A stretch of 64,000 nt of DNA from Shigella phage vB_SflM_004: the sequence record MK295205; one strand, given 5' to 3'. The position numbers and the translations under genes were made by a program. The notes beneath the pieces were generated by a model, which did not search any database, was not told where the DNA came from, and worked only from the letters and a program-made list of their open reading frames with translations. The stretch's first letter is position 1, and the number at the start of each line of letters is the position of its first letter. Shown here one piece after another: positions 48,093 through 59,485 of this stretch.

Positions 48093-48888
48093 CATTTGGG
48101 GAAGAGTTGGTGAAGGTTATGACTGGACTCTTCTTAAAACAAATGTTAAAAGTAACGAGATAGCTTACTACAAAATCTATTACCATAAAACTTTTAGAGA
48201 GGTAGAGTATCGTGAGCAATAAAGAGCAAGAAGCTTTAGCAATCTTCAAGAGCGAAGACAAATCAATAGCTATTGGACTACGACCCCGAAACAGGGGTCA
48301 GACTATCAATGGTACTTAGATTTGTGTAAAATGAAATCTGTAGAGCCAGTTGATGAAACCCGATTCAAAGAACTGTATAATATCTGCCAAGAGGGTTATG
48401 AAGAACATTACGAAGGTTCTTTGAATCCTGTAAATTCAAAAGCTTCAGACTTATTTTACTTGGAAGTTTAGAGAGAGTAGTCCTACTGGTTGGATGTAAC
48501 CCTTCTTATGAGAATAAGGATGCTTCTTACAGACTTCCTCCGGTATCACGAGGCAATAAGAACTTCAACTCTCGTGCCATTAGCAGGGATGTTATTGTAG
48601 TTCGCTGCCCAAATTCTCAAGACTACTACTTCTTACAAGTATGGAAAGAATAGTCAGTCACATACTACTGTTTTTGATTGAGGATATTAATATGCAGGTT
48701 CTTGTAAATTTTATCTATAAGTATGAAAACATCTTCAGTAACATGACTGTAGCACAACGTAATCCTGTTATACCACGAGAAGGAAAAAAGGCAGGAAATT
48801 ATAGTTGGAACTACAAAGTTGAAGAAGTCAAACACAAATTCAAAGATGGTTATGACCACCAAGTTGTAAATGTGTATTTAAAAGGTAA

Positions 48889-49284
48889 GTGGCAATGAGT
48901 GAAAAAAGGTTATTCAAAGAGTCCTACAGTAATCTGAAGATGGGTTATCAAGGCTACTCAATACCTTGGTATGAAGATAAGAAAAAACAGTATTCAAACC
49001 CTTTTATATATCAACCTGTAAAACTCTCTGTACTGGAGTTTTGGCATGAAACTGGAGCTACGCCATACCAATTTGACAACATGGAATATGCGCGTATTTG
49101 TAAAAGTCTTGGTGCAAGACAAGTTGATAATATCATTGAACATTTGAAGGATTTGTATAAAGATTTTGCTGGATACTTATACGAGAAACAGTTTGGGGAG
49201 TGCTTAAAATACCCAGATGGGCACTCGTTTTTCACAAAAGGTTGTCTTAATGGTAACATAAAAATTGCATACAAAGGCTTGTGA
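48889..49284 (+). CDS. hypothetical protein
   Basis: 131-aa ORF. Confidence 0.4.
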   Translation: MAMSEKRLFKESYSNLKMGYQGYSIPWYEDKKKQYSNPFIYQPVKLSVLEFWHETGATPYQFDNMEYARICKSLGARQVDNIIEHLKDLYKDFAGYLYEKQFGECLKYPDGHSFFTKGCLNGNIKIAYKGL

Positions 49285-49379
49285 GGCACGTAATATGATT
49301 TTTATACTAGATTGAGACTACCATACCCAGATAGCTCCTTTTCCTTATCTAGCAATGCAATGACGCACTCTGGGAATAT

Positions 49380-50001
49380 TGTTTCTGTTGAAAAATGATA
49401 AACACAGATGGTCACAAGTCTGTTCAGTTATTGCTTGATGGTAAAGGCTACCAAGCTAACCGTCTAGCAATACTATATGTGGATGGATACCTGCCTGATA
49501 AAACCTTAGAGCGTAATGCTGAACAGCAAGCTCCAGGTTGACCATAAGAATGGAGATGGTTGGGACAATAGGTCCAAGATAAGTCATAAGAAATATTTGA
49601 AGTTCCCTGCTGACGCTCAACTTAAATTTAAGGGTTTCGTTGCAGGATTTCAAGAGATGCTGACTCAGAAAGCTTTTACAGCATATTCTCGTGAGAACAC
49701 GGTATACAACATTCCTATAGAGTTGATTCCTGATGTTCTTCTTATGCTGAAACTGCACAAAGATGTTGAGGATTTCGATGGTGAGATTTATGCTCATGGT
49801 TGGGACTTAGAAGATATTGTTTCGATGATTAAGAATGCTGACAATCCAGACCGTCACCTTCTTAAATTCTACTGGTATGATATCTGTGACAAGACTAAAT
49901 CTTGGCCTGAGCGTCGTGAAGTTTCACCATTGTACAGCTTCACAAAACTCTTGCAATCGGTCAAGAAAGAAAACTCCTTCAACGAGTGTTGTCACCGTTA
50001 A
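49380..50001 (+). pseudogene. HNH endonuclease remnant (frame-disrupted)
   Basis: Frame a reads ...GKGYQANRLAILYVDGYLPDK...APG then stop; frame b continues VDHKNGDGWDNR (HNH core); a matching N-terminal fragment LLDYDPETGV lies ~1.1 kb upstream at ~48270. Confidence 0.5.
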
Positions 50002-50369
50002 TACTCCGGGATTAAGCAAGATGCACGGGGGGGGGGTTAAATTAAAGTAACTGGTGTCAAAACTGATAAACGTGGTCATGGTAAGTTCGTTGTAGAGACT
50101 CTTCCTAACGTCCCTATCTGGGTTGCCAAAAGGTGTACAGAAGATAAGTAAAAGCCCTGAAGAGTTTATCGGGAAACCTTTAACTGTTCAGTTCCAGAAG
50201 ATGAGTTTCGAGCAATGATACGTTTATTATCATTGGCTTACTTCACAAGTAAACTCTTAAGTATAACATACAAAGCCAAGGTAAAAACTATCATCTTGGT
50301 ATGTTTGACACACCGTAACTGACTTAGAAAATTTGGTGAGTATACTGAGCATCATAAACCAACGGGTAC

Positions 50370-50715
50370 TCACCAACATCACTTAAGAGTCTTTCTAAGG
50401 GGTTTTTAAGTGATGCTCGGTAAGGTTCGGTTCGGTTGGGTGTGGTATGGTGGTGTAAGGTGGTGTAAGGTGGTGTCAGGTGTAGTATGGTGCGGTGAGG
50501 TTCGGTATGGGTAGTTAGTCTCAGCTACATTAAAATGAGACTTACCTTTTTAAAAGGTCTTTAATAGGGTCTTTTAATAAGGTGATGTGAGGTGGGGTCT
50601 GGTCTGGTTTGGTAAGGCGCGGTCTGGTTTGGTAAGGTAAGGCTCGGTAGGATGTATGGTAGTAGCCACGTTAAAAATCTACAGGCATCTAAGAAATCTT
50701 CTGTTGAGGGTTCTT
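50370..50715. repeat. GGT-rich composite repeat element, copy 1 (two GGT-rich tracts around a hairpin/T-run core)
   Basis: Tracts of the form ggttcggttcggttgggtgtggtatggtggtgtaagg...; core gggtagttagtctcagctacattaaaatgagac + ttttaaaaggtctttaa; repeated at 51805-52245. Confidence 0.7.
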
Positions 50716-50740
50716 TACAAACAACTTAACAATTAACTAA

Positions 50741-51340
<600 letters not shown>

Positions 51341-51342
51341 TT

Positions 51343-51783
51343 ATGAATACAAAAGCATTAGCAGCAAAATTTAGTTACGGTGATACTGTATCACACTCTG
51401 AGATGGACACCTTCTTAGGTATTGTGAAGCCGACTTATCAAGGTGACATTGTTAAGTACGAAGATGAAATGAAAGCTTACGCACTTACACGTCTAAACCG
51501 ACTTGAGAAGTTTATTGAGAAGCTTCTTAAAGAAGAGAAGATTTATCTGGTCACTTCAATGGGTGTTGGTTATCGTGTGGTGGAACCTAAGCATCAAGCA
51601 ACTATTGCAAAACGTAAAATGTCTGGTAAGATTGGTCGTGCTTTAAAACAAGCCACTCAAGCGATTGAGAATGTGAACACTATGGTACTTAGCCATCAAG
51701 AACGTTCACGACTGATTGAACAGCAAAACCACTTAGCTGCTATGAAAGCTAACATTAATAAGCAACGTAGAAAACCTTTCTAA
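51343..51783 (+). CDS. hypothetical protein
   Basis: 146-aa ORF; start overlaps the upstream stop. Confidence 0.45.
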   Translation: MNTKALAAKFSYGDTVSHSEMDTFLGIVKPTYQGDIVKYEDEMKAYALTRLNRLEKFIEKLLKEEKIYLVTSMGVGYRVVEPKHQATIAKRKMSGKIGRALKQATQAIENVNTMVLSHQERSRLIEQQNHLAAMKANINKQRRKPF

Positions 51784-51794
51784 GTTGACTAGGT

Positions 51795-51820
51795 AGCCTC
51801 TTCGGAGGCTCCTTTTTAAA
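51795..51820 (+). terminator. rho-independent terminator
   Basis: AGCCTCttcgGAGGCT + CCTTTTT after ORF 51343-51783. Confidence 0.5.
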
Positions 51821-52245
51821 AGGTCTTTAAACAGGGTCTTTTAATGAGGTAGTGTTCGGTCTGGTTAGGTCTGGTCTAGTTCGGTTTGGCAAGGTGGGGT
51901 TAGGTATGGGTAGTTAATCGGAGCTACATAAAAATTCGATTGCACCACTTAAGAGTCTTTAAATTATATTCGAAAGAGTATCTCATAGGGTTTTTAAGTG
52001 TTGTTTGGTATGGTACGGTTCAGTGGTGTATGGTTTGGTTCGGTGGTGTAAGGTGTGGTCCGGTAAGGTATGGGTAGTTAGTCTCAGCTACATTAAAATG
52101 AGACTTATCTTTTTAAAAGGTCTTTAAACAGGGTCTTTTAATGAGGCTGTGCTCGGTACGATTCGGTTGGGTCAGGTAAGGTTGGCGAGGTCAGGTCGGG
52201 TGCGGAAGGATGGCAGTAGCCTTATAAAAAATCTGCCAAATAAGC
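51805..52245. repeat. GGT-rich composite repeat elements, one half copy plus one full copy
   Basis: Same hairpin/T-run core and GGT-rich tracts as 50370-50715, in direct orientation. Confidence 0.7.
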
Positions 52246-52329
52246 TATAAAATCTGTTGACAAGTCAGGTGTTATAGCTTATTTTTATACTCAATGTAAT
52301 ACAAAATTTAATATAACTTTGAGGTCATT

Positions 52330-52713
52330 ATGAAAAAGATTTTATTAGCTTCTGCAATGGTTATGGCAATGAATTTACCAGTCAAGGCTATGAAGATGCC
52401 TGAAGCAAACTTTAACGGTGTTGCTTTAGAATCTTGTAAGATTGTACAGAAAATTGCTTCAAATGCTGGAGAGTTGACGAAACCATTATCTGCTCCAACT
52501 GTTCAAGAAATGACTGATAAGATGGTTGACTACAACTACCATTTTATGGGAGATTACTATGACAGATTGGCAGATGAGATGGTTACCCAGAATGTTGATG
52601 TTCTTGACAGCAAAGGTATCGAAGCTGTAGAAGATGTGAAAGATAATTTTATGCGTGAGTCTTTCAAAGGTGTCCAATATTTTATTGAAAATCGTAACTG
52701 CATAGGTTTATAA
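52330..52713 (+). CDS. hypothetical secreted protein
   Basis: 127 aa; N-terminal signal peptide MKKILLASAMVMAMNLPVKA. Confidence 0.45.
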   Translation: MKKILLASAMVMAMNLPVKAMKMPEANFNGVALESCKIVQKIASNAGELTKPLSAPTVQEMTDKMVDYNYHFMGDYYDRLADEMVTQNVDVLDSKGIEAVEDVKDNFMRESFKGVQYFIENRNCIGL

Positions 52714-52913
52714 TCATGAAGAAGAACATCCCAGAAGCGGTTATGGTAAGATAATTGACGATACAGACGGCTTTACAGTTTACAGAGTTTGGGCTAATGA
52801 TTTTTCAACCGTTGTAGAGTCTTTAGATAACTACATCAACGGGACTCGTGAAAACGTCAGAGCAACTAATCTTGATTCGTTAATAGACACTTCTCGAAAG
52901 CGGAGAAAGAAAG

Positions 52914-53213
52914 ATGAATGAAGTCTTTGACCCTTATGCACCTCAAGATTCTTGGGAGGCTGATAGTGAGGCTGAAATGGAGAGTTATATCTATCCAATG
53001 GATATTGAAGAGATGAAGGACTTTGTAGCCTTCCGATTCTCTAAAGAGGTTGAGAATCAGAAACTTTCTCAGGCTCAGGCAGCAATTATTTGTGAAATCT
53101 CACAGAGTCGTGTTTCAAATATCATTAACGACCCTCAAAAGATTTCTTTAGAGTACATGCTTAATGCTTGTGCAAAACTTGGTGTAAACTTTAACTTAAG
53201 GCTGGCAGATTAA
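52914..53213 (+). CDS. putative helix-turn-helix DNA-binding protein
   Basis: 99 aa; LSQAQAAIICEISQSRVSNIIN resembles an XRE-type HTH. Confidence 0.4.
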   Translation: MNEVFDPYAPQDSWEADSEAEMESYIYPMDIEEMKDFVAFRFSKEVENQKLSQAQAAIICEISQSRVSNIINDPQKISLEYMLNACAKLGVNFNLRLAD

Positions 53214-53554
53214 TATGAAACGTGAAAATGCAATCTTTAACGATAACTTTGCAATTGGCTTCTATGGTAAACCAACTCCGGCAGAGAAGCTTTATGGTAA
53301 TGCAATTCTGGAGACCTTGAAAGAGGTTTAAGAGCTGGTATGAGGTACATTGATGCAAACCGTGTAAGAGGTTATATGGCAATTGGCTCTGCAATCTCTA
53401 ACATTAAGCTGGAGACTACCAGTGCTAAGAAGGTACGAGACCACTTCATCAAAGAGTTGTCAGAGATTGTGGATGGTGTTGATATCAAGGCTGTCTGGTT
53501 AGATGTTGAAGGTCACAACTACACCACTTTTGTATTTAAAAATGAGGATATCAA

Positions 53555-53947
53555 ATGTCTCTTCCCTTAAAACTTGATTTATACTTTGGTTACAGTGTAT
53601 TACAGGGTAGCATACTTTCACTACCAAAGTCAGATTACCGTTGTGATTTAGGTTCTGTGAAACGTGCATCACACATGAACAGCAACATTTTAGGCTTGCA
53701 GACACTTCACAGGTGGCTTGAGGAAGATGGGCATTTGAATGAGTATCTTCACCAACTCGAACTAGCCAAAGAAGAAGGGCATATGGGTTGGGATTTACTA
53801 CCCCATCTGTACAAACCTGCAAGCCCTATGGAGATACGCTATAACGAACAAGCGATTGATAGTTATAACAAATATAATATAACTATTGGCTTAAAATCTT
53901 GGTTAGATTATGACAAATCATTATACAGACCATTGGAAAGCGTGTAG
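53555..53947 (+). CDS. hypothetical protein
   Basis: 130-aa ORF. Confidence 0.35.
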   Translation: MSLPLKLDLYFGYSVLQGSILSLPKSDYRCDLGSVKRASHMNSNILGLQTLHRWLEEDGHLNEYLHQLELAKEEGHMGWDLLPHLYKPASPMEIRYNEQAIDSYNKYNITIGLKSWLDYDKSLYRPLESV

Positions 53948-54069
53948 CAAAAGGTATTGCTTATGATGAAAAGGTTGACTGGAATACACAAAAGTGTATA
54001 AAATTCTTCAAGTACGATAATGACAAAGATACTTTTGTAGAGGTTTAACATGAAAATTGGAATTACCCT

Positions 54070-54381
54070 TTGCCAGCCCGAAACAGGGGTCTTAACATTA
54101 TGAAAGCTACAAATCATACTGAGAAGACATTCTTGATTGATACAAACTATGATGCAGGAACTATTGAGTTCATTGATGAAGACACTGCTGATTCCTTGTG
54201 TGTTCTTCCTGCTCACTTATTTACTCCAGAGCTACGTGAGAGTCGTTCTATTGAAGTTAATCTTGAGCCAAGTATTGAACTGTACTCAGATACACAGTAT
54301 CCAAGAAGTTTTAAAGGATTGGCAGACCTCCACATAGTAGTAGGATGGTTATTGGAAGCCAAGCCGGAGGTGGTCATGTAG
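54070..54381 (+). CDS. hypothetical protein
   Basis: 103-aa ORF. Confidence 0.35.
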   Translation: MPARNRGLNIMKATNHTEKTFLIDTNYDAGTIEFIDEDTADSLCVLPAHLFTPELRESRSIEVNLEPSIELYSDTQYPRSFKGLADLHIVVGWLLEAKPEVVM

Positions 54382-54813
54382 TAACTGCTGAGTGTGAACA
54401 AGGCACTATCAAGCTGACAGGTGATTTTGGTTCTATGAGTTTCTTAGACTTTGTTCCAAAACACTTTGAAGACTTCCTGTCAAGTGAAGTTGATGACCTT
54501 GATTTCATACTAAAATTTGAACGCACTTTTAAGGTAAACAAAAAATGAAAATCTTAAGCGGAGTATCACAGTGTTACATGAATGATGGTGAGCCAGTTAA
54601 ATGCTGCCATTGTGGAGGTGAGAACTTCCAAGGTGAAGTTTCAGAGATTGTCTCTGGCAATATCAATTAAGCGCACAAGGTCTGGTGTGTATATGCACAC
54701 ATTTTATCTTTTTGGGCTTATGGAAGTTATGAACCACAACCCCACCTTATTTACCATCCAAACAGGATTGTGAAGCGTGTTCTGAACTGGTTCATTATCA
54801 AAGGATTTACAAA

Positions 54814-55253
54814 ATGATTAAGTTAATTTTTGCAAGTGGTATTAACGGGGAGTTTGGCACAGCTACTGGAATGCCTTGGCCTCGTAATAAACAGATTTTA
54901 GGAAGCAGACTGTTAACCAGTTAGTCTTGATGGGTAGCGAAACTTGGAAGACTCTTGGGAGCAAGCCTTTGCCAAACCGTGAGAACATTGTCTTGACAAA
55001 CTCTCTTGACTTTTATGGTCTGGATTTTAAAGATGACTCTCATTGTAAAGCAAGAGTTAAGCCTGAAGCTTTTGGGGCTTTCCTGAAGTATATTGATAGC
55101 TCTATTGATGAAGATGTTTTAGTAATCGGTGGAGCCAATATCTTAATCTCAGCTTTGCCGTATGCTGACGTAGTTTTCCACAGCGTCATTCAGGAAGTTA
55201 CAGGACAGGTAATCACCGAATTGCTTGGTGGGTTTCTTCCAGTACTTGTATGA
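54814..55253 (+). CDS. frd: dihydrofolate reductase, with an apparent -1 frameshift near 54880-54900
   Basis: N-terminal MIKLIFASGINGEFGTATGMPWP in one frame, then DFRKQTVNQLVLMGSETWKTLGSKPLPNRENIVLT...VIGGANILISALPYAD in another; AAGGA RBS. Confidence 0.7.
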
Positions 55254-56237
55254 CACAGATTTATTTGCTAAAGTACAGTCCAAACCTCTGGATGACAGGT
55301 AAGTGGCCTGACAAACACATTGACCACAAAGAAGAGGGCTTTTCTAATATGTCACAAGCAGATGTAAGCTACAAAGCTATTTTAAACCATGTTTTATCAG
55401 TTGGTGAGTTGCGTAAAACCAGAACTGGCTCAGTGATTTCTACCTTTGCTCCACCTGAGTTCCGTTTTGATATGCGTAGTGGATTTCCATTAATCACCTC
55501 AAAACAAACGTTTATGCGTCAAGTCCTCGGTGAAGCATTATGGTTTATGAACGGTGAAAACCAACTAGGCCATTTGCGTTACAGAACTTGGGGGGAGAAT
55601 GACGGAGAGCGTTGGACTATCTGGACAGATGATTTTAAACGTTGGTTGAAAACAACCTATGCTACAGAGAATGATTGGCTGGAGGACGCTGGAGGAAGAA
55701 TCTATGGAGTCCAATGGAGAGCCTACGAAGGTCATGGTGGAGTTGTTGGAGATGGTTTGAATAACGCTTGGGACAATCTAAGAGAGGCCACAAAAGAACA
55801 GAACATGTCTAATAACGCATGGAATGCAGCAGATATATCAAGTAACTCTATGGCATTAGCACCTTGCCATGTACTTTTTCAGATTTACATCTCGAACACT
55901 AATGAGGTAGATTTGAAATGGTATCAGCGCTCTTGTGATACGTTCTTAGGATTACCATTTAACATTGCTTCCTATGCCTTTATCTTGGAAGTGTTGTGTA
56001 AACTGACGGGGTATACACCGCGATATCTGATTGGTACTTATGGTGATACTCAAATCTATCAGAACCATATGTCGCAGGTTTTTCAGCTTCTTGGTAATGG
56101 AGACAACCTAGAACATCAATCAAGATTTGAAGTCTCTTGAAGACTTGAGACATATGACAGCAGATGACTTCCTAGGTGGGTTGAAAGGGTATAAACATGC
56201 TGGTAAGATTGAAGCACCTTTATCAGTAGGTAAGTAA
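55250..56237 (+). CDS. td: thymidylate synthase, with an apparent +1 frameshift near 56110
   Basis: MALAPCHVLFQIY (catalytic Cys), RSCDTFLGLPFNIASYAF, YGVQWRAY; the C-terminal ...DDFLGGLKGYKHAGKIEAPLSV continues in another frame after the ORF stop at 56140; true start may be the internal ATG at ~55349. Confidence 0.75.
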
Positions 56238-56334
56238 AAACTTAAAAGGTACAAGTAGAAGCAAGTCTGGTAAGTTGTTCTGTAATTGCTTGCAAAGCTG
56301 ATATGGATAGCCCAGATTAACCATAACGGCAAGA

Positions 56335-56622
56335 CTATACATATAGGAACATACACAACTTTGCGTTCTCACCCTTAACATTCTCTAGCTGAACTTTCTG
56401 GTTCTCCATCCCTAATTGTAGGAGCTTCATATCAGATTGTAAATCACGAATAGCTGAATAGTTACCTTTTGAGTAACTATCCAACTGTTGTAACTTTGTG
56501 TTGATAGAAACTTCTTGCTTTCCGTCAGAGACCTGCATCGTAGTGTACATACCAATTACACTGAAAATACCTACAACGATTGCACCAATATTGTTCTTGA
56601 AAGCATCTTCTAACCACTTCAT
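56335..56622 (-). CDS. hypothetical membrane protein
   Basis: 95 aa; TM helix IGAIVVGIFSVIGMYTT then coiled coil; a 59-aa TM mini-ORF lies upstream at ~56635-56812. Confidence 0.4.
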   Translation of the reverse strand: MKWLEDAFKNNIGAIVVGIFSVIGMYTTMQVSDGKQEVSINTKLQQLDSYSKGNYSAIRDLQSDMKLLQLGMENQKVQLENVKGENAKLCMFLYV

Positions 56623-56887
56623 TATTTCTCACCTTTAAAAGCCTTTTCCAAGGTATCAACAAATTCATCATCAATAGGTGTATCTGTTTTACTCGCAAGG
56701 TATCTTGCAAGCTTAAAGAACACTTTTTCAATCATGTATTCACTGAGAAGAGGAAGAAGAAGCCCATAAAGTTTCATGAGGATTGCTAGAATGGTCGGCA
56801 TTTAATCACCTTACTTCTTGAGCCAAGATGGTGAGAATACCTATTAAGAAATATTAACACCATCTTGTCAGTTAGTCAACAAGGTAA

Positions 56888-57844
56888 TTAAGCAGTTTTT
56901 ACCCAAGCCATTAATTTAATAAAGGCGTTAGTAACATCAAATGCTGCACCAGAACCTGTACCACCAGTTGTACCACTTAATGTGTGGGCATGAGCACCAA
57001 TTGTCACAGTGTGTGTATGGTCACCTACCCAACTTGTTCTCCCTGTCCAAGTTCTTGATGCGTAGAAGTTAACTGGTGTACCATAAGTGAACTGTGAACC
57101 AGTATAACCTCTAGAGGCTTGCGATGACATCTTACTACCACCTGCACCAGTCCCGTTCCATCTTACTGTGAAGCTGCTATTTGCAACATTATGGGCGTGA
57201 CCACCCGCACCAGAGATTTCCATGTTACCTCTGTCATGGTCGTGAGCACCTTGAGCGTCTGTGTACTTAGTACCATAATCAAAGGTAGTGGTTGTTCCAG
57301 AGAAGCTGTGAGTATGACTTGGAAGATGACCTACAGCAATACTCTTAGAGTCTGAGCCACCTACAGAACCAACATCCTCACCAGTTGAAGAGGCAATTCT
57401 AATAGTTCTGAACTGACCATTTGATAGGTAAGCCCAAGTAGTTCCTGCAAATGCTGTATTAGGGTTTACATTCGATGCAAAGAACGTTACCATACCAACT
57501 GGATAGATTTTGTTAAGGTCTGTTGAGTTAGAAATAGCTGTTGCAATCTTCTGGTCAGTCTCTGCTTTAGTGTAAGCTCCAACATCTCCAGCAGAAGGTT
57601 TCTGTGCTTCCGTGAAAGTGTTGTAATCAATTACCACATAACCATCAACCGCATTAGCTGGCTTAGTAGATGACACAGTAGGAGCAGAATGGACAGTAAT
57701 AACTGCACCATTGTTGTAGTTAAATTTAAACTGTGCAGTCGGTGTAGATGTACAAACTCCACGCATCATAGTTATCTCCACCAACTGAAACAGTACATAC
57801 ATCAACACCAACACCACTATCTGTACTTCTGTAAAGAACAGCAT
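56888..57844 (-). CDS. tail fibre protein (His-rich distal/receptor-binding type); N-terminal limit uncertain
   Basis: HxH repeats (GHLPSHTHS, GDHTHTVTIGAHAHT) and C-terminus ...AFIKLMAWVKTA paralogous to the end of ORF 59486-60481. Confidence 0.5.
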   Translation of the reverse strand: MLFFTEVQIVVLVLMYVLFQLVEITMMRGVCTSTPTAQFKFNYNNGAVITVHSAPTVSSTKPANAVDGYVVIDYNTFTEAQKPSAGDVGAYTKAETDQKIATAISNSTDLNKIYPVGMVTFFASNVNPNTAFAGTTWAYLSNGQFRTIRIASSTGEDVGSVGGSDSKSIAVGHLPSHTHSFSGTTTTFDYGTKYTDAQGAHDHDRGNMEISGAGGHAHNVANSSFTVRWNGTGAGGSKMSSQASRGYTGSQFTYGTPVNFYASRTWTGRTSWVGDHTHTVTIGAHAHTLSGTTGGTGSGAAFDVTNAFIKLMAWVKTA

Positions 57845-57899
57845 TTAGACCCGATGGGTTTGCATTTCCACTTCTCAATACTAGTTCATTTTTGCAAAA

Positions 57900-59440
57900 C
57901 TAAGTTGAACCAACGTTGAAACCTGTACCACCATAGAGTCTTAAAGTTGCTGTTGATGGTGTTTGTGGCATTGTTACAGTAGCAATTTTCACCCAACCAC
58001 TGTCATAAGTTGTTGCATTCATAGCAGTAGCTCTTGAGAATACAGTATTAGCAACACTTTGTGTGTAGTACCTTGCATCAAAGTTAGATACATCTGTAGG
58101 GATAACTTGACCTTCAACTCTTAAAGGTTTATTGAGATAAGCTACATCCCTTAACTCTAGATATGTATTCACTGACAAGGTGCTCAGGGAAGAGTACCTT
58201 AGTCTGCTACCTTCACCGTTACCAACATACCAACGTCGCATCAGTACTATCTTTTGCAATAACCCCGTTGCTATTCATTGGCTGGGTAGCTGTCCCACTT
58301 TGCAATGTGAAAGCAGCATCTGTAGTAACAATAGTTTGAGCACCTGTGAAAGTGTTTGCAGAGTTATTTCTTGCAAGACTACTTAATAAAGAGCTTACAA
58401 TATCTTATATAGGAGGACTTATGAGCCACCGTGGAAGAACCCATGCAGCGATGATGAAAGGTGCTTCAAAGGAGACACCAGATGAGTAGAGTCTCATAGT
58501 TGCACCTGTCATCTGGTTAAACAAGTTAACATCCTGCTTAGTCCCATCAGGTTGACCAAGATACCAAGACTCTGAACCAGAACCTGCGTAGGCTTGAACA
58601 AATACTGCACCGTTTGCTGTAGCTGGTTTCAATCTAAGCAAAGACCCATCAGAAATAATTGTCTGATAGTTTGTGAAGTTGTTTGCACCTGAGAAGGTAT
58701 TATTTTCAGTTAGTCTTGCAAATCTTTGGTCAGCAGCTATCAAAAATCGTAAGCAGAAGTTGTTTGAGAGAATGAACAGGTTAATTGACAATTCATCTCT
58801 TTCAGGTTCTGAGAAGGTTTTTAACTAGGGAACCGGTCTTGTTGTTGTAGAAAATAACATCGTCACTTCCGAATCATTACCTACATACCACCTATTAGCT
58901 CCAGTACTATCCTGGCTACAATAGCGGAGTATGCCTCACTTGCACCAGCAGGGGTCTTCAGTGTCATAGCTTCACCATTTGCTTGAATAACTTGTTGGGA
59001 GGTAAAGATGTTATTTGCAGCTAGTCTTGAGTATCTTGCATCATTTTCCTCATTTGTTCTCATACCTAATTCATTAGGAGATGGTTTATTAAGTGTGTGA
59101 TAAACTGTTGCAGACCTTGAAGCATCTGCAATAGTTAGTCTAAGACCGTTTGAGTTAATTTTAAATCTTGAAAGGTAATCTGAAAAGCATTGCACAAGAA
59201 CTTGTAGAATAAATCTTTTCCACCGTAAGTTAACTTAACAATACCCAGATTACCTGTCATATTCCCGCCAGCTAATTGCAAGAATCTTTCAAGTCTGAAT
59301 GAAGCTAAGAAATTTGCATAGGTCATTTTACGGTCTTCATCACCTAGCATATCAGACCTTTTAATTACTCTCAAATGTAATAGGTCGTCTGAGCGAACTG
59401 TATCAATTGTGTTTAGTTCACTTAGTTTGTATTCAGCCAT
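57900..59440 (-). pseudogene. tail-fibre repeat region broken into at least four ORFs, with embedded cassette fragments
   Basis: ORFs 57900-58259, 58405-58791, 58881-59195 and 59135-59440 carry tail-fibre-like repeats (RL..NN.F.G.N.F...QTI); cassette-derived fragments at ~58394-58476, ~58738-58823 and ~59166-59207; frequent frame changes. Confidence 0.35.
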
Positions 59441-59485
59441 TTATCAATCCTCTTTATAGGGGCTGTGTAGCCCCTTTATAAATTT

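Larger units (their letters stand above)
47400..48100 (+). repeat. small-gene cassette, copy 1 (two short ORFs); diverged paralog of 62118-62650
   Basis: About 85-90% nt identity by eye to 62160-62470; segment order is permuted relative to copy 2. Confidence 0.6.
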
